This document shows, one piece after another, positions 1-12,910 of a stretch of DNA of 64,000 bases. The stretch lies in contig CDPCPM010000164.1 in the NCBI GenBank assembly GCA_976551045.1, forward strand, positions 3,286,001 through 3,350,000. The letters run 5' to 3'. A program made the position numbers and the translations under genes. This DNA is from Glaucostegus cemiculus (lineage: Eukaryota). The notes under the pieces were generated by a model. The model was not told the origin of the DNA and made no database searches. It saw only the letters and a program-made list of their open reading frames with translations. The stretch's first letter is position 1, and the number at the start of each line of letters is the position of its first letter.

Positions 1-1204
1 GCACCAACATAGAATGCCCACAACTTCCTAACCCGTAAGTCCTTGGAATGTGGGAGGAAAGCAAAGCACCCGGAGAATGTACAAACTCCTTACAGACAGC
101 GGCTGGAATTGAACCCGGGTCGCTGGCGCTGCATTAGCATTGCGCTGACCGCTACACTACCAGAGCCATATAAACTACCAGCATGGCTTTGGGATGTGGG
201 AGGAAACCGGAGCAACTTGGTGTAAACCCACGGGGAGAACATACAAAGCTCCACACAGATAGCACCCCAAGGTCAAGATTGAACGCAGGTCTCTAGGGTG
301 GTGAGTCAGCAGCACTACCTACTACACTACTGCATAGAGTGTATTTTTAATAGAAGCATTCACTACCACTGTGGATGTAGGGACAGACTTGTCTCTATGC
401 TATTCCAACTCTCCTAAAGGGAAATTTAATGGCAATACTTGAAGAAAAAGGCAAGAGAAAGCAAAGGAAAAACAAGTGAAAGAGAGGTTGTATAACTGCA
501 AAATCCAATGTGAACTTGCTTTCGGGTGTCTTTTGTATCTTTTGACTGAACTCATGCATTGTCATGAGACAATGCTTTCCAAACGTGACTTCGTTTGCAT
601 AGCCCGGACAGATTTGACTTGGCTTCTGCACCAAACCACCGCTAAGTTATCAGAAGGTGACTAAAGCAGGGACAAATGTTGAAAGGTGAAGAGGCTAAAG
701 GATTTAAATACTCAAATGTTCATACCATTGGGGAGTGCATTGCAAATTGAACAGAATAAAGCTTCAACATTCCCAAACAGAATAAAATTATACTCCTGAA
801 AACTCCAATTTCTGCCTTTGGCCAATCGGTGAGGCCCTCCCGGGCTACCTGTGGTCAATCATAAAGCAAAATACAGAACATATCAGAAATCTTAAATAAA
901 AACAGATAACAAGATAGTTGGAAATACTTGGCAGGTCAAATGAAAGCTCATTGACCTGAACCATTAATTCTTTCTTTCTCTTTGGGCACTGTCTGAAGTG
1001 GTGAGTAATTTCACCATTCTGTTTTTATTTCAGAATTTCAGTGACATGGAGCTAAGTAAAATAGAGGGCTGTGGGTAAGCCTAGTAATTTCTAGTGTAGT
1101 GACATATTCAGCACAGCTTTGTGGGCCGAAGGGCCTGAATTGTGCTGTAGTTTTTCCTATGTTTCTATGTTCTATCTGTAGGACATGCCTGATGGTGCTT
1201 TACT

Positions 1205-2197
1205 GGTTAGAAGAATTGGTTTATTATTGTCACATGTACTGAGGTACAGTGAAAAACTTGCCTTGCATACTGTTCTTACAGATCAATTCATTACACAGTG
1301 CACTGATGTAGTACAAGGTAAAACAATATAGAATGCAGTGTCACAGTTACAGTGAAAGTGCAGCCCAGGTAGACAATAAGATGCAAGGTCATAAGGTAGA
1401 TTGTGAGGTCAAAAGTCCATCTTGTATTAGGGAACCATTTAATAGTCTTATAACAGCAGATAGAAGCTGTCCTTGAGCCTGGTGGTACGTGCTTTCAGGC
1501 TTTTGTATCTTCTGCCCGATGGGAGGGGGGAAAAGAGAGAATGTCTCGGGTGGGTGGAGTCTTTGATTATACTGGCTGCTTCACAAAGGCAGTGAGAGGT
1601 ATAGACAGTCCATGGAGAGGAGGCTGGTTTCCATGGTGTGCTGAGCTGTGTCCACAACTCTCTGCAGTTTCTTGCAGTCCCAGGCAGAGCAGTTGCCATA
1701 CCAAGCCATGATACATCCAGATAGGATGCTTTCTATGGTGCATTGATAAATGTTGGTGAGTGTCAAGGAGGTCATGCCAAACTTCTTTAGCCTCCTGAGG
1801 AAGTAGAGGCACTAGTGAGCTTTCTTGGCCGTGGCATCTACGTTCATTCCTAGTAACTTGAAGCTCTCAACTCTTGACCTCAGCACCATTGATGTAGACA
1901 GGATCATGTGCACCACTACCCCCCCCCCCCCCCCTTCCTGAAGCCAATGACCAGCTCTTTTCTTATGCTGACATTGAAGGAAAGTTTGCTATCATGACAC
2001 CATGTTACTAAGTGGTATCATCTGCAAACTTGTAGATGGTGTTAGAGCAGAATCTGACCACGCAGTCATGAGTGTATAGGGAGTGGAGCAGAGGTCTGAG
2101 GATGGGGCACCAGCGTTGAGAATAATTGTGCTGGTGTTGTTGCTGCCTATTCTCACTGATTGCGGTCTGTTCGTCAGGAAGTCAAGGGTCCAGTTGA
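1205..2197 (-). mobile_element. Rex1/Babar-type LINE fragment (RT remnant, C-terminal region and 3' UTR)
   Basis: Minus strand NWTLDFLTNRPQSVRIG (about 2195-2145), IYKFADDT (about 2038-2014), YQCTIESILSGCIMAWYGNC, PSGRRYKSLKARTTRLKDSFY; tail gtacatgtgacaataataaacc. Confidence 0.85.
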
Positions 2198-4099
2198 CAT
2201 TTCCCCTGGTTGGAGTGTCTAGAATTAGGGGTCACATTCTCAAAATAAGGGGTTAGCCATTCAAAACCGGTTGAAAATAAATTTCTTTGCCAAAGGGTGG
2301 TAAGTCTTTGGAATTCTACTGGGGAGCGCTCGGTCATTGAGTATATTCAGGACAAATATAGATTTTTGGATATCAAGGGATAAAGATCAGTCGTAATCTT
2401 ATTGGATGGCAGAGCAGGTGAGGGGCGGAATGGCTTGTTCCTGCTTCAACGTCTTGTATTCCTACTTGCCATTCTGACAGTAATCAAACTGAACACAAAT
2501 AGGCATCAAACCTGGGGTCGCCTTCTTGTTCAGCGCTGTTCAGTGATTTACACAGGCAAACACATTTACTAATGTTATTATCTAGTTTCTGCTTGCTGTC
2601 ACCTAGCAGTAACAAGTTCTGAGCCAATTTCTTTTGTAAACTGCTCCTTTTTTACCCCCCTTCACATCCCTGCCTTGACATAAGTCTTTCCAATTTATTT
2701 AAGTGCTGTTACAAAACAAAGTGCACAAACTTTCGATATAAGAATCCTTGACTTTTACATTTCCCACATCTGAGTTATTTTGTTTTTCCTTTGCAAATTG
2801 ACTCGATAAAACTGTTTGCAGTTCGTGAGGGTTGAAATGTGTAGTTACCTTTTCCCTCTCTTGAGCAAAGTATAAACACAGAGCTCGGTGGGAAGGAAAA
2901 GCTGGGGTGGGGTTAAGGGTAATATGTGATGATCAATGTATCTTGTGTAAGCACATTCCTGTTTAGGAGTCCCTGGACTCCATCATGTCACTGACAAGAG
3001 CCGAGGATATAAAGGGTGATGGAAAGTTTTGAGCTGAGCTGTCTGCTCCTGCTGCCCTCTGTGTGAACTGTTTCCCTCTTGAAAGCTCACACACAAAGCA
3101 GGCTGACTGCCAACTCTAGCGGTCTAGAATGTGTCTGCTCTTTGCTGCAGCCAGTTTGGGGCTGGAAGGGGCTGGAGTAGTTAGACAAGGTGGGGTGGGA
3201 ACGGTGAGCTTGGGCTTTGCACAGTTTGCCTTGTCGATGAGGGAGTGTTCACTGGGTCTGACCAGCTGGGGTCATTTCCGAGAACATAGCCAACGCTCAG
3301 GTTTCAAGTAACATTTGGAATTAAATGCTGGAAAGTCAAAACACAAGAGATCGTTTCCTGCACTTGCTCCCAGTGTTTCCATTAGCGGCTCAGTCGGTTA
3401 ATGTGCTCGCCCCATGGGTCAGAAGGTTGCGAGTTCAAGTTCCACTCCGGAGACTTGAGCAAACAAAATCTAAGCTGAGCCTCCAGTGCTGAGGAAGTGC
3501 TGCGCTGTTGGAGGTGCAGTCTGTCAGATGAGACAGTGAACCAAGATCCTACCTGCGCTGTCCAGTAGAGGTGGAAGATCCCATGGATTTAGAATCATAG
3601 ACTAATACTACATGTAAGTAGGCCCTTTGGCCCAACTCATTTATGCCGACCATGCTACTATCCAAGCTAGTCCCACTTACCTGCATTTAGCCCCTATCCC
3701 TCCAAACCCCTTGACTCCTAGCAGCATCCTCCATAAATCTTCTCTGCACTCTTTCCAGTTTAACAATGCCTTTCCTATAACAGGGTAACCAAAACTGTAC
3801 AGAATACTTCAAGTGCGGTCTCAACAAAGTCCCACACAACTGCAACATAATGTCCCAACTGCTATACTCAGTATCTTGACTGATGAAGGCCAGCGTGCTA
3901 AATGCCTGGGATATTAGAGGGCGATGGATAGTTTTGAGCTGAGCCTGCTCTCCTTTGATAAGGAGCAGGGAGTTGTTTTCTGTGGTAAGCTGGTCGATAC
4001 TTCACTCTCGACCCGCGTTTTTAAACGCAGAACACTTGGATGTTATCGTTTTGCTTTGCCGGAGTTTTCTGTGCACAAGTTGATTTCACTCTTCTGACA

Positions 4100-4605
4100 T
4101 AATTGATTTAATGTTGTCACGTGTACCAAGATACCGTGAAAAGCATTTGTTTGCGTGCCATCCAGACAGAGCATTCCATGCATCGAGGTAGTACAAAAGG
4201 AAAAGAAAACAGAATGCAGAATAAAGTGTTACAGTTGCAGAGAAAGTGTCTTACAGGTAAACAAATAAATTGCAAGGGTCATGATGAGGTAGATTCAAAA
4301 ATCATCCTTATTGTATGAGGGGTCCATTAAAGAGTCTGATAACAGCAAAATGGAAGCTGTCCTTGAGCCTGGTGGCACATGTTCTAATGCTCTCGTATCT
4401 TCTGCTCAATGGGGGGGGGGGGGCGTGGTGGTGGTGGTGGTGGTGGGAGGAGAGAGAGAATGACCGGGGTGGGAGGGGCTTTTGATTATGCTGGTTGCTT
4501 TCCCGAGGCAGCGGAGAGTGTAGCGAGAGTCCATGGAGGGGAGGCTGGTTTTCTCGATGGAACTCTGCAGTTTCTTGCAGTCTTGGGCAGAGCAGTTGCC
4601 ACAGC
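4100..4605 (-). mobile_element. Rex1/Babar 3' fragment
   Basis: SRRYESIRTCATRLKDSFH and the family 3' UTR. Confidence 0.8.
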
Positions 4606-5734
4606 AAGGAGTAACTTGTAGTAACGTTCAACTGTGAAAACACTCCTAAAGTGTTTTGTTGGCTGAAAAGCTCATTGGACCACTCTGAAAGGGACATTCT
4701 GACAGGGTGCTCATAAATGTAGGGCTTTATTTAAAATAAAACTGGCTCTTAACTCTGGGTGTCACTGGTGAATAGTAAGTGCAGGCAACAGAGTCTGGGA
4801 AAACACTTAAATCCTCAGCATTGACATCACTCCTCCTTGATGAGTCCAGAGTTTACCATAATAATGATACTCCTTGCTGTGGGTAATCAGTATTGTCTTC
4901 TGAGATTTGTGTGAATCTGTACATTTGCCCTTTTTATTTGCTCAAACTTGACAAATAGTATTTATTGCAGATCGACTGCCAACTTACCCCACGGCTAAAG
5001 AACATGAAAGATTTATGCTTGTACGTTCTCAGAAATGTCTCAGTGTTTCCCATCCGATGAATTAGCTTGCTCCCCAGAGACTGATGCTGTTGGCAAACAT
5101 CGTGGCCATTTTCATAGCCTAGATTTTCCAGTTATTCTCCTTCCCACAGACAGTGTTTAAATGCTGTCAGGATTCTAATTTGATCTGCTTTTTGGTGAAG
5201 TAATTTGAGGGAAGCAGTTTGGTCAGGGCATGGATGGGGCCTGCAGGGGAGCTTAAAAGTGTGGCCTAGTGGGTAGCACACTCAACTCTTGACACAGAAG
5301 GTTGTAGGTTCAAGCCTCTCTCCAGAGACTAGAGCACAAAAAAAAACTAGGCTGACACTCAGTCCAGTCAAGAAGGGTGAAGCTGGCAGAGGTGTTGTCT
5401 TTTGGATGTGACATTAAACTGGGCCTCTCTGATGGGCATGTACAATCCCATGGTTCTCTTTTGAAGCAGTACATAGGAGTTGTTCTTACTGTCTTGGCTG
5501 ATGCGTATAGCTGTCTCTGAATCAGATTATAGACCATCCCCATGTTATGGACAGTTACACCCCTTTTACAGATGTCCATAAGTAGATTTTGTCTGCAAGT
5601 CAGAAGATACATAAAAATCACTCCTTGTGCTAACCACACCTCCACAGAATTGTAATAAATGGCATCAAAAGAGTGATAAGAAAAAACGATTACAAGTGGA
5701 GGGAGAGAGGAAACTAATTTGTAGAAACATTTGT

Positions 5735-6215
5735 ATGGTATTGGTTTATTATTGTCACGTGTACCGAGGTACAGTGGAAAAACTTATCTTGCATACCGAT
5801 TGTACAGGTTAATTTATTACACAGTGCAATTACATTGAGTTAGTATATAATGCATTGATGTAGTGCAGGTAAAAACAATAACAGAACAGAGTAAATTGTC
5901 ACAGCTACAGAAAAAGTGCAGTGCAATAAGGTGTAAGGTCACAACAAGGTAGATCATGAGGACATAGTCCATTTCATTGTATAAGGGAACCGTTCAATAG
6001 TCTTATCACAGTGGGGGTAGAAGCTGTCCTTAAGTCTGGTGGTATGTGCCCTCAGGCTGCTGTATCTTCTACCTGATGGAAGAGGAGAGAAGAGAGAATG
6101 ACCCCGGTGGGTGGGGTCTTCGATTATGATGGCTGCTTCATCAAGACAGCGAGAGGTAAAGACAGAGTCCAAGGAGGGGAGGCTGGTGTCCATGATGCAC
6201 TGGGCTGTGTCCACT
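5735..6215 (-). mobile_element. Rex1/Babar 3' fragment nested in a MITE
   Basis: IIEDPTHRGHSLFSPLPSGRRYSSLRAHTTRLKDSFYP. Confidence 0.85.
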
Positions 6216-7519
6216 TTTTGGGCTTTTGAATTTGATAATATTATGGGAGTTCGTTGGTATATAGGGGTGTCCATAAGTCAGGCTGTATCTTGTTTTTATT
6301 ACACCAGTGGGAGGGTACTATGTGTAAATTGGCTGCCATACTTCCTACAGCGTTGCATCAGCTGTGAAGCACCCTGGAATAGATCTGTGAAAGCTGCTTT
6401 GTAAATGCAAATCTTTCTTCTTTAGAAGGTTGGACTTTCAATTTTGGAAGTGACATAAAGGTGGTGATGACAGACCAGGTGCCCTTTGTAGCCCAACCAA
6501 TTTTTCTTTGCGCATTGCAATATCTGCCTCATAATGGGAATTGCTGATGCAAAATTGTCTTGTAATTACATCTTCTTGCCTGAGAAGGCACAGAGGCCCC
6601 TCCAGAATGGTGCATCTTGTGCAGAATTTTCCTAAGTTGTATGTGGAGATAAACATTGGAATAAAATGCACAGATGGTTGTTTTCTAATGTGTATCACGG
6701 ATGAGCAGATTATTGTTATTAGGGCACCCTATCTTTCACAGCCCTTCCACGTTCTGCTTACTTGATCAGATGATGTTGCACTGGGAGTGCACATTCCAAA
6801 GTTTGCACAGATGGTGAGGTGCTTCAGATTTTAAACGCGTAACAGAAAATGGGAGTCAGACTAAATAAATTAGAGGTAGATTGCGGGTAGGGAGAGCATT
6901 CAAAGCACACACCTAGCTTGCAAACGCTTTCCTAAAGTTTGAAAAGTTTAAATGGTAAACATTTTAAAGCGCAAAATGTCACACTGTTCATTTTCATTCT
7001 GGTGATGGCAATTTATGGTTCTTTATGCAGACCCAGTGGTATCTGGATTGCATCCTACTGGCTTGGCCAGTTTACACAGAGTGAACGGAGACATCTGCTA
7101 TTTATAATCAAAGTGGTCAGTCTCTGCAGCATCTAAGTCTTCACCTTTATCTTTGCCAGTGGATTATTTGAGCCAACTTTTACTCATATGCAAGCAAGTT
7201 GACCTTTCCCTGTGTCAGAAGGAGATAGACACACGCAAATGCACTTGGTAATGGAGTGGGCTCTCGGAAGCATTCCTGCCTCTGAGTCTGACTGTTGTGG
7301 GTTCAAATCTCTTTCAGATGCCACCAAACTACTTTGAAGACAGAAAGGAGATTTATCCCTGCCAGTATCCTGACCAACCTTTATCTCCTAAAGCAGATTA
7401 TTCAGTCCTACATCAGCAGCTCCTACATCACATAAAGCAGATTATTCAGTCATTATAATACTGCTGTTTGTGGGTGCTTGCTATGCACAATTAGTGACTA
7501 TGGTTCAAAGTATTTCAAA

Positions 7520-7790
7520 CACTAGAAGACAGGCGTTTAAGGTGCGAGGGGGAAAGTTTAAGGACAATGTTTGGGGCAAGTGTTATTTTTACACAGAGAG
7601 TGGTGGGTGCCTGGGACAGGCTGCTGGGGAGAGTGGTGGAAGCAGGTACGTTTAAGAGGCTTTTAGATAGACACATGAATCTGCAGGTAATGAAGGGATA
7701 TGGATCACTTGCAGGTAGAAAAGATTTTGGGCGCAGATGTGGTGGGCCAAAGGGCCTGTTTCTGTGTTGTAGTGTTTTGTGTTCTATTTC
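7520..7790 (+). mobile_element. CR1 3' fragment inserted in a DeuSINE
   Basis: FTQRVVGAWDRL and CR1 tail; DeuSINE halves at about 7245-7520 and 7790-7850. Confidence 0.8.
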
Positions 7791-9099
7791 ATGGCTGTGC
7801 AGTGCTTTGGGATGTCAGATAAGGTGTTACATGAATGCAAGGCTGCTCTTACCTTCTCAGTGGGAGAGCTGCCATTATGTGAGGGAGCTGCCTGTGATGG
7901 GCAGTACACCTTCCAGTCTTCTGTGGACCTTCTCCAGTCACCAGCCTAGGGGCCAGAACTGGAGCCCCAATGAGAGAGACCAGGTATGCTCCTTTATTCT
8001 TTAATTGGTGGCTTAAGCTGGAGGGTTCACCTCCCTTGCAAATATAGAAAGTAAGAATAACTCCAAAAAAAAAAACCCCATCAGTTAAAAGAAATGGAGC
8101 AAAAAGCTTCCAACATATCACTTCAAACTAAGTTGTAACACCTGGCAGGGGTGGGCTGATAGGACGGGGCAACCCTGTTCTGAAGAAAGGTCTTCAATGT
8201 GAAGCATCAACGGCTTCTGTTTCACAGATGCTGCCTGACCTGATGAGTGTTTCCAGTATTTCCTGTTTTGTTATTTGAGATTTCCAACATCTGCATTTTT
8301 TTTTCCATTTATAACGCAGGGTCCCACCTAGCAAAAAGTTAATTCAGCATCAGTGCGAGAAAATGTGTCATCACGTTGTGATCAATGGACAAAATAAACA
8401 TTGGTGGTCTCTGAGCCTTCTCTCGCACTCTCTCTCTTGCTCTCTCTCACTCCACTGCTGTATTTCCTGTTCCTCTCTCCTCCCCCCCACCCCCGTATTT
8501 TATAAATGAGCAGTCAAAACGTCCACCATTTGGGTTGGCATGCAGTGTCTCGTCTTGCATCACCCACCAGTGAGCAGGGTGCATTTATTGAGCCTGCTGA
8601 AGTTCTCATGTAGTTGATGCCACTCTCTGTCTTCGGGGAACACCAGAGCAGTGTTCGGCTCTTGACACGGGGGCTGAGATGCCTGAAGGGTCTAATTCTG
8701 TCTGTTCTCTGGAGGAGATGGCAGAGATGCATCTCTCGTAGCTCACTCCTAGAATGTGTATGTGCTGAAGTGCAAATTAATACCTTTTATTTAGCTAAAA
8801 TTGAGTCCTACAGCATGGAAACATGCCCTTTGGTCCACCAAGCTCCTGCTGACTGTCAACCATCCATTTCCACCCAATTACATTAATTCCATTTTTTTAA
8901 TGCTCCCTGCATACTCATCAACTCCTCCAGATTCTGTCACTACCTACACTCTGGGAATAACTTGCAGTGGCCAATTAACTACCAACCTATACGTCTTTGG
9001 AATGTTGTAGGAAACCAAAACTTCGGGGGGGGGGGGTGAGAAACCCATGCAGTTACAGGGAGAACATGCACATTCCACACAGAGTGCCTGATGTCAGGA

Positions 9100-9779
9100 T
9101 TACATAGAACATAGATACCTGCAGCACAATTCAGGCCCTTCGGCCCACAAAGCTGAGTCGAACATGTCCCCACACTATTAGGCTTACCCTTAACCTTCTA
9201 TCTTATTTACCTCCATGTACCTACCCAAAAGTCTCTTGAAAGACCCTAACGTATCCACCTCCACCACCATCTCTGGCAGCCCATTCCACGCACTCACCAC
9301 TCCCTGGGTAAAAAACTTACCCTTAACATCTCCCCTATATCTTCCCCCCAGCACCTTAAACCTATGTCCTCTTGTGGCCACCATTTCAGCCCTGGGGAAA
9401 AGCCTCCGACTATCTACCCTATCCATACCCCTCATCATCTTGTACACCTCAATCAGGTCCCCCCTCATCCTCCGTCTCTCCGAGGAGAAAAGGCCGAGTT
9501 CCCGTAACCTGCTCTCATAAGGCATGCTCCTCATCCCAGGCAGCATCCTCGTAAACCTCCCCTGCACCCTCTCTATAGCTTCCACATCTTTCCTGTAGTG
9601 AGGCGACCAGAACTGAACACAATACTCCAGGTGGGGTCTGACCAGGGACCTATACAACTGAAGCATTACCTCCCTACTCCTAAATTCAATCCCTCGACCG
9701 ATGAAGGACAACACACCATACGCCTTCCTAACCACAGAGTCAACCTGCGCAGCCGCCTTGAGCGTCCTATGGACTATGG
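9100..9779 (-). mobile_element. Young CR1/HER1-type LINE 3' fragment (C-terminal ORF2 still open) inserted into an HE1 SINE
   Basis: Uninterrupted ORF with LYRSLVRPHLEYCVQFWSPHYRKD...RRRMRGDLIEVYKMM...TRGHRFK...FFTQGVVSAWNGLP; ctatgt tail. HE1 halves at about 8800-9100 and 9780-9830. Confidence 0.92.
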
Positions 9780-9874
9780 ATTGAACCTGGGTCTCTGGCA
9801 CTGTGAGGCAGCAGCTCTACAAGCTGTGCCAATCTGTGTGAGTGGATATCACTAACAGAAATCATCACTAGGGG

Positions 9875-10460
9875 CCCAGAGTACAAGAGTCAGGAAGTCA
9901 TGATGCAGTTGTATAAAACTTTGGTTAGGCCTCACTTGGACTATTGTGTGCCGTTCCAACAATCCCATTCCTTGAAGGATGTGGAGGCTTTGGAGAGGGT
10001 GCAGAAGCGTTTCACCAGAATGCTGCCTGGATTAGAGGGTATGAGCTATACGGAGAGTTTGGACAAACTTGGGTTGTTTTCTCTGGAGCATTGGTGGCTG
10101 AGGGAAAACAGGATAGAAGTTTATAAAGTGATGAGAGGTGTAGACAGGGTAGATAGAATCTCTTCCCCAGGGTAGAAATGTGAAATAGAAGAGGGCATGG
10201 CTTTAAGGTGGGAGGGGGGGTGGTAGTTTAATGGGGATGTGCAGAGCAAGTTTTATTTTATAGAGAGCTAGGTGCCCTGAACATGCTGATAGTGGAAGCA
10301 GATACAATACTGGCATTCAAGAGGATTTTAGATAGACACCTGAATATGCAGGGATATGGATCACGTGCAGGTAGAAATGATTAGTTTAATATGGCATCTT
10401 GCTCAGTACACACATTGTGGGTCAAAGGGCCTGTTCCTGTGCTGTACTGTCATATGTTGT
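9875..10460 (+). mobile_element. CR1/HER1 LINE 3' fragment
   Basis: MQLYKTLVRPHLDYCV...RFTRMLPGLEG; tail gggtcaaagggcctgttcctgtgctgtactgt. Confidence 0.88.
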
Positions 10461-11266
10461 ATTAAATCAAGACTTGTCCGTTAGAGTTAAAGATTTTAAA
10501 CACTAACACAGTGAGTTGAAACTGCACTGAGCACAGTTTTAAATTCCAGTGGGCATTCATTGCTGTTGTATGTGATTCCTGAAACAGGATGAAATCCCTT
10601 GTTGGCTGTAATAATTACCTGATTATTAATGCTTGGTGGAGGATATCCAGTCAGTGGAATCCAGCGCTACATCTGATGTACCAAGCCTGCAAGCTGTAGG
10701 TTAATTATGTTATTTTGAAATTGTTGTTCTGATAATAGCTCCTTGTTTGTATCTTGATTGAATCCCTGATTTACAGATTCAATCATCATTGACACAGATG
10801 CTTTTCAAATTGGTGGCTTTTCGTCAATGAGGTTAGCCATCACTGCTAATGCAGTCTCGTCAGTGCTCTGCCTTGGTACAGGAGAATGACACAAACACAC
10901 ACACACAAGTAAGTGGGAGCAGGAGTAAGCCACTCAGCCCCTCAATCCTGCCCTGCCTTTCAATACGATCATGGCTGATTTGCCCTAGGCCTCATCTCCC
11001 CTTTCATGCCAGTTCCCCACAGCCGACCTTTCAAAAATTTATCTACTTCCTCTTTAAGCACCCCCAATGATCTCGCTGTTACTACTTTTTGGGTAGAGTA
11101 TTCCAGACGTTCATCGCCCTTTGCAAGAAGTAGTTCCCACGCACCTCAGTCTTAAATGACTGGCCTGCTAATCTTGTATCTATAATTCTCCCGCTAGTGA
11201 AGAAATCGTGACATCTACACTGCTGTGCCCCCTCAGAATTTTACTCTTCTAAACTCCAAAGAATAT

Positions 11267-11723
11267 ACAGGCCACCCCCTTGTTAAAGGCCGTTCGTATA
11301 ACAGAGATTCACCTGTACAAATCACTATTTGAAAATCTAAGATAAGGAATAAAACTTGCTCTCAGAGTTCGGGGGGGTGGGGGCAAAATGTAGATAACTC
11401 AAATTTTTTTTCACACTTGTCCTATCACAAGTGGCTTAAGGAATTAGATCTACAGGTAACCCCACCCCCGCCACGTAACTGAGGGGTCGTGTTCCAAGAA
11501 AACAAGCTGTATCACAATTTTCCGTAACGTGAAGCCATGTCATCCGCACATGTCAAGAAACACAACATGGGGGAAAAAATAAATTTTGTGTTGATTTACC
11601 TTTTCCCACACTAATTCCATGAGGGTGAATTTTATTCTGTAATGCAAATTTACAGGTAAGGGTTTGTGAATTCTGTAAGGGTGAATTTCTGTTATCCAAA
11701 TGGCTGTAACATGATTGCCTGTA
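11267..11723. mobile_element. Tigger-like MITE fragment(s)
   Basis: TA-CAGG starts at about 11267 and 11451, and a ...gcCTG-TA end at about 11723, typical of Tigger/pogo TIRs. Confidence 0.45.
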
Positions 11724-12660
11724 CTCTAAAGCAGGACTTCAACCTGTATATTTCTGAAATTGGGATACAGGAGAGCTGCCTGCTAAGGCTATGTTGTCAC
11801 TGGTGTGAGATGCTTTGAATTGTTGGACTTGCTGTGGAAGAGCCTCTGAACTGGGAGCACCTGGTTTCTCCATGGCTTCTTGGCATTCCCACAGCTTGTC
11901 TGCCCAACAGGACAAGTACTTGGAAATTCAAACCCCTGACTCTCGGCCCTTGTATCAATGGTTACTTTTGACGGGACCATGCATAACCTAATAGATATGC
12001 TTGAACTTGTAACCCCTGACCTTTTGCAGAACTCTCTTGCCTCAAACATTGCGCCAGCAAAAAAAATGGTAGTAACATTGAACGCAATTTACCAAGAAAT
12101 GTCAGGGTGATTCTGGTCTGCCTATTCACATGGTATTGTATATCACCCGACACAGTTGCCTGTAATGCTAATCCCTTGGGAAAGGAATAAAACTCTTCAC
12201 TTTTCAACAACTCAGAACTTTCTGTACTTTATCCAAAATTGTTTATCCTGTTCTCCCAGATTCTGTTATCCCAGATAAGATACGGCAATTAGCTCTAGTT
12301 TCTATCTCCATCTTTTACTGTGCTTGTCTTTCTCAGACTTAATGCTTCAGGAAGCCCTTCCCTCTAACTCCTTACTCTTGGAATTGTGCCTGACCTGCAG
12401 CACGGAAGTGGGCCATTCGTTCCAACTGGTCTGTGCTATGTTTATGCTTCACTTGAGTCTTTCCCGCCATGCTTCACCTCCTATTAACTGAAGTTGTGAA
12501 TCCAGATTGCAAGTTACCGTCGTTTAACTGTGTCAAAGCTGTGACTCGCTACGTAGTACTTTTTTAGCTATTGTTTGTCTGGCCCTAAGGATATTGATGC
12601 TCACTTTTTCCTGTGGCCTAACCACCCAACTAGAGCTCGAGCAAACCCATCTATTTATCC

Positions 12661-12910
12661 ACAAGACACCGCAGAAGCTGAAATCTGGAGCAATACACGG
12701 CTGGTCAGACAGCATCTATGGAGGGAAATAGTCGATGTTTCCGGTCGAGACTCTTCATCAGTACTTTCCAGACCTCTTGTATGATAAGATGGACTTTTGA
12801 CCTCGCAATCTGGACCAGGTGAAGGGGGTCATAACCCAAAATGCCGATTGTCCATTTCCCTCCATAAATGCTGCCTGACCTGCTGAGTTCCTCCAGTGCT
12901 TGTGTGTCAC
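12661..12910. mobile_element. PLE-derived fold-back element with two opposed hammerhead remnants and a short Rex/Babar-like spacer
   Basis: Minus strand CTGATGA-AGAGTCTCGACCG-GAAAC-ATC at about 12761-12734; plus strand caggtga-agggggtcataaccc-aaaat at about 12816-12842; inverted arms. Confidence 0.75.

Noticed and set aside
9190-9801. 203-aa ORF as a host gene
   Set aside because: It is the C-terminal part of CR1 ORF2; the first residues come from the flanking SINE, and it is 5' truncated.
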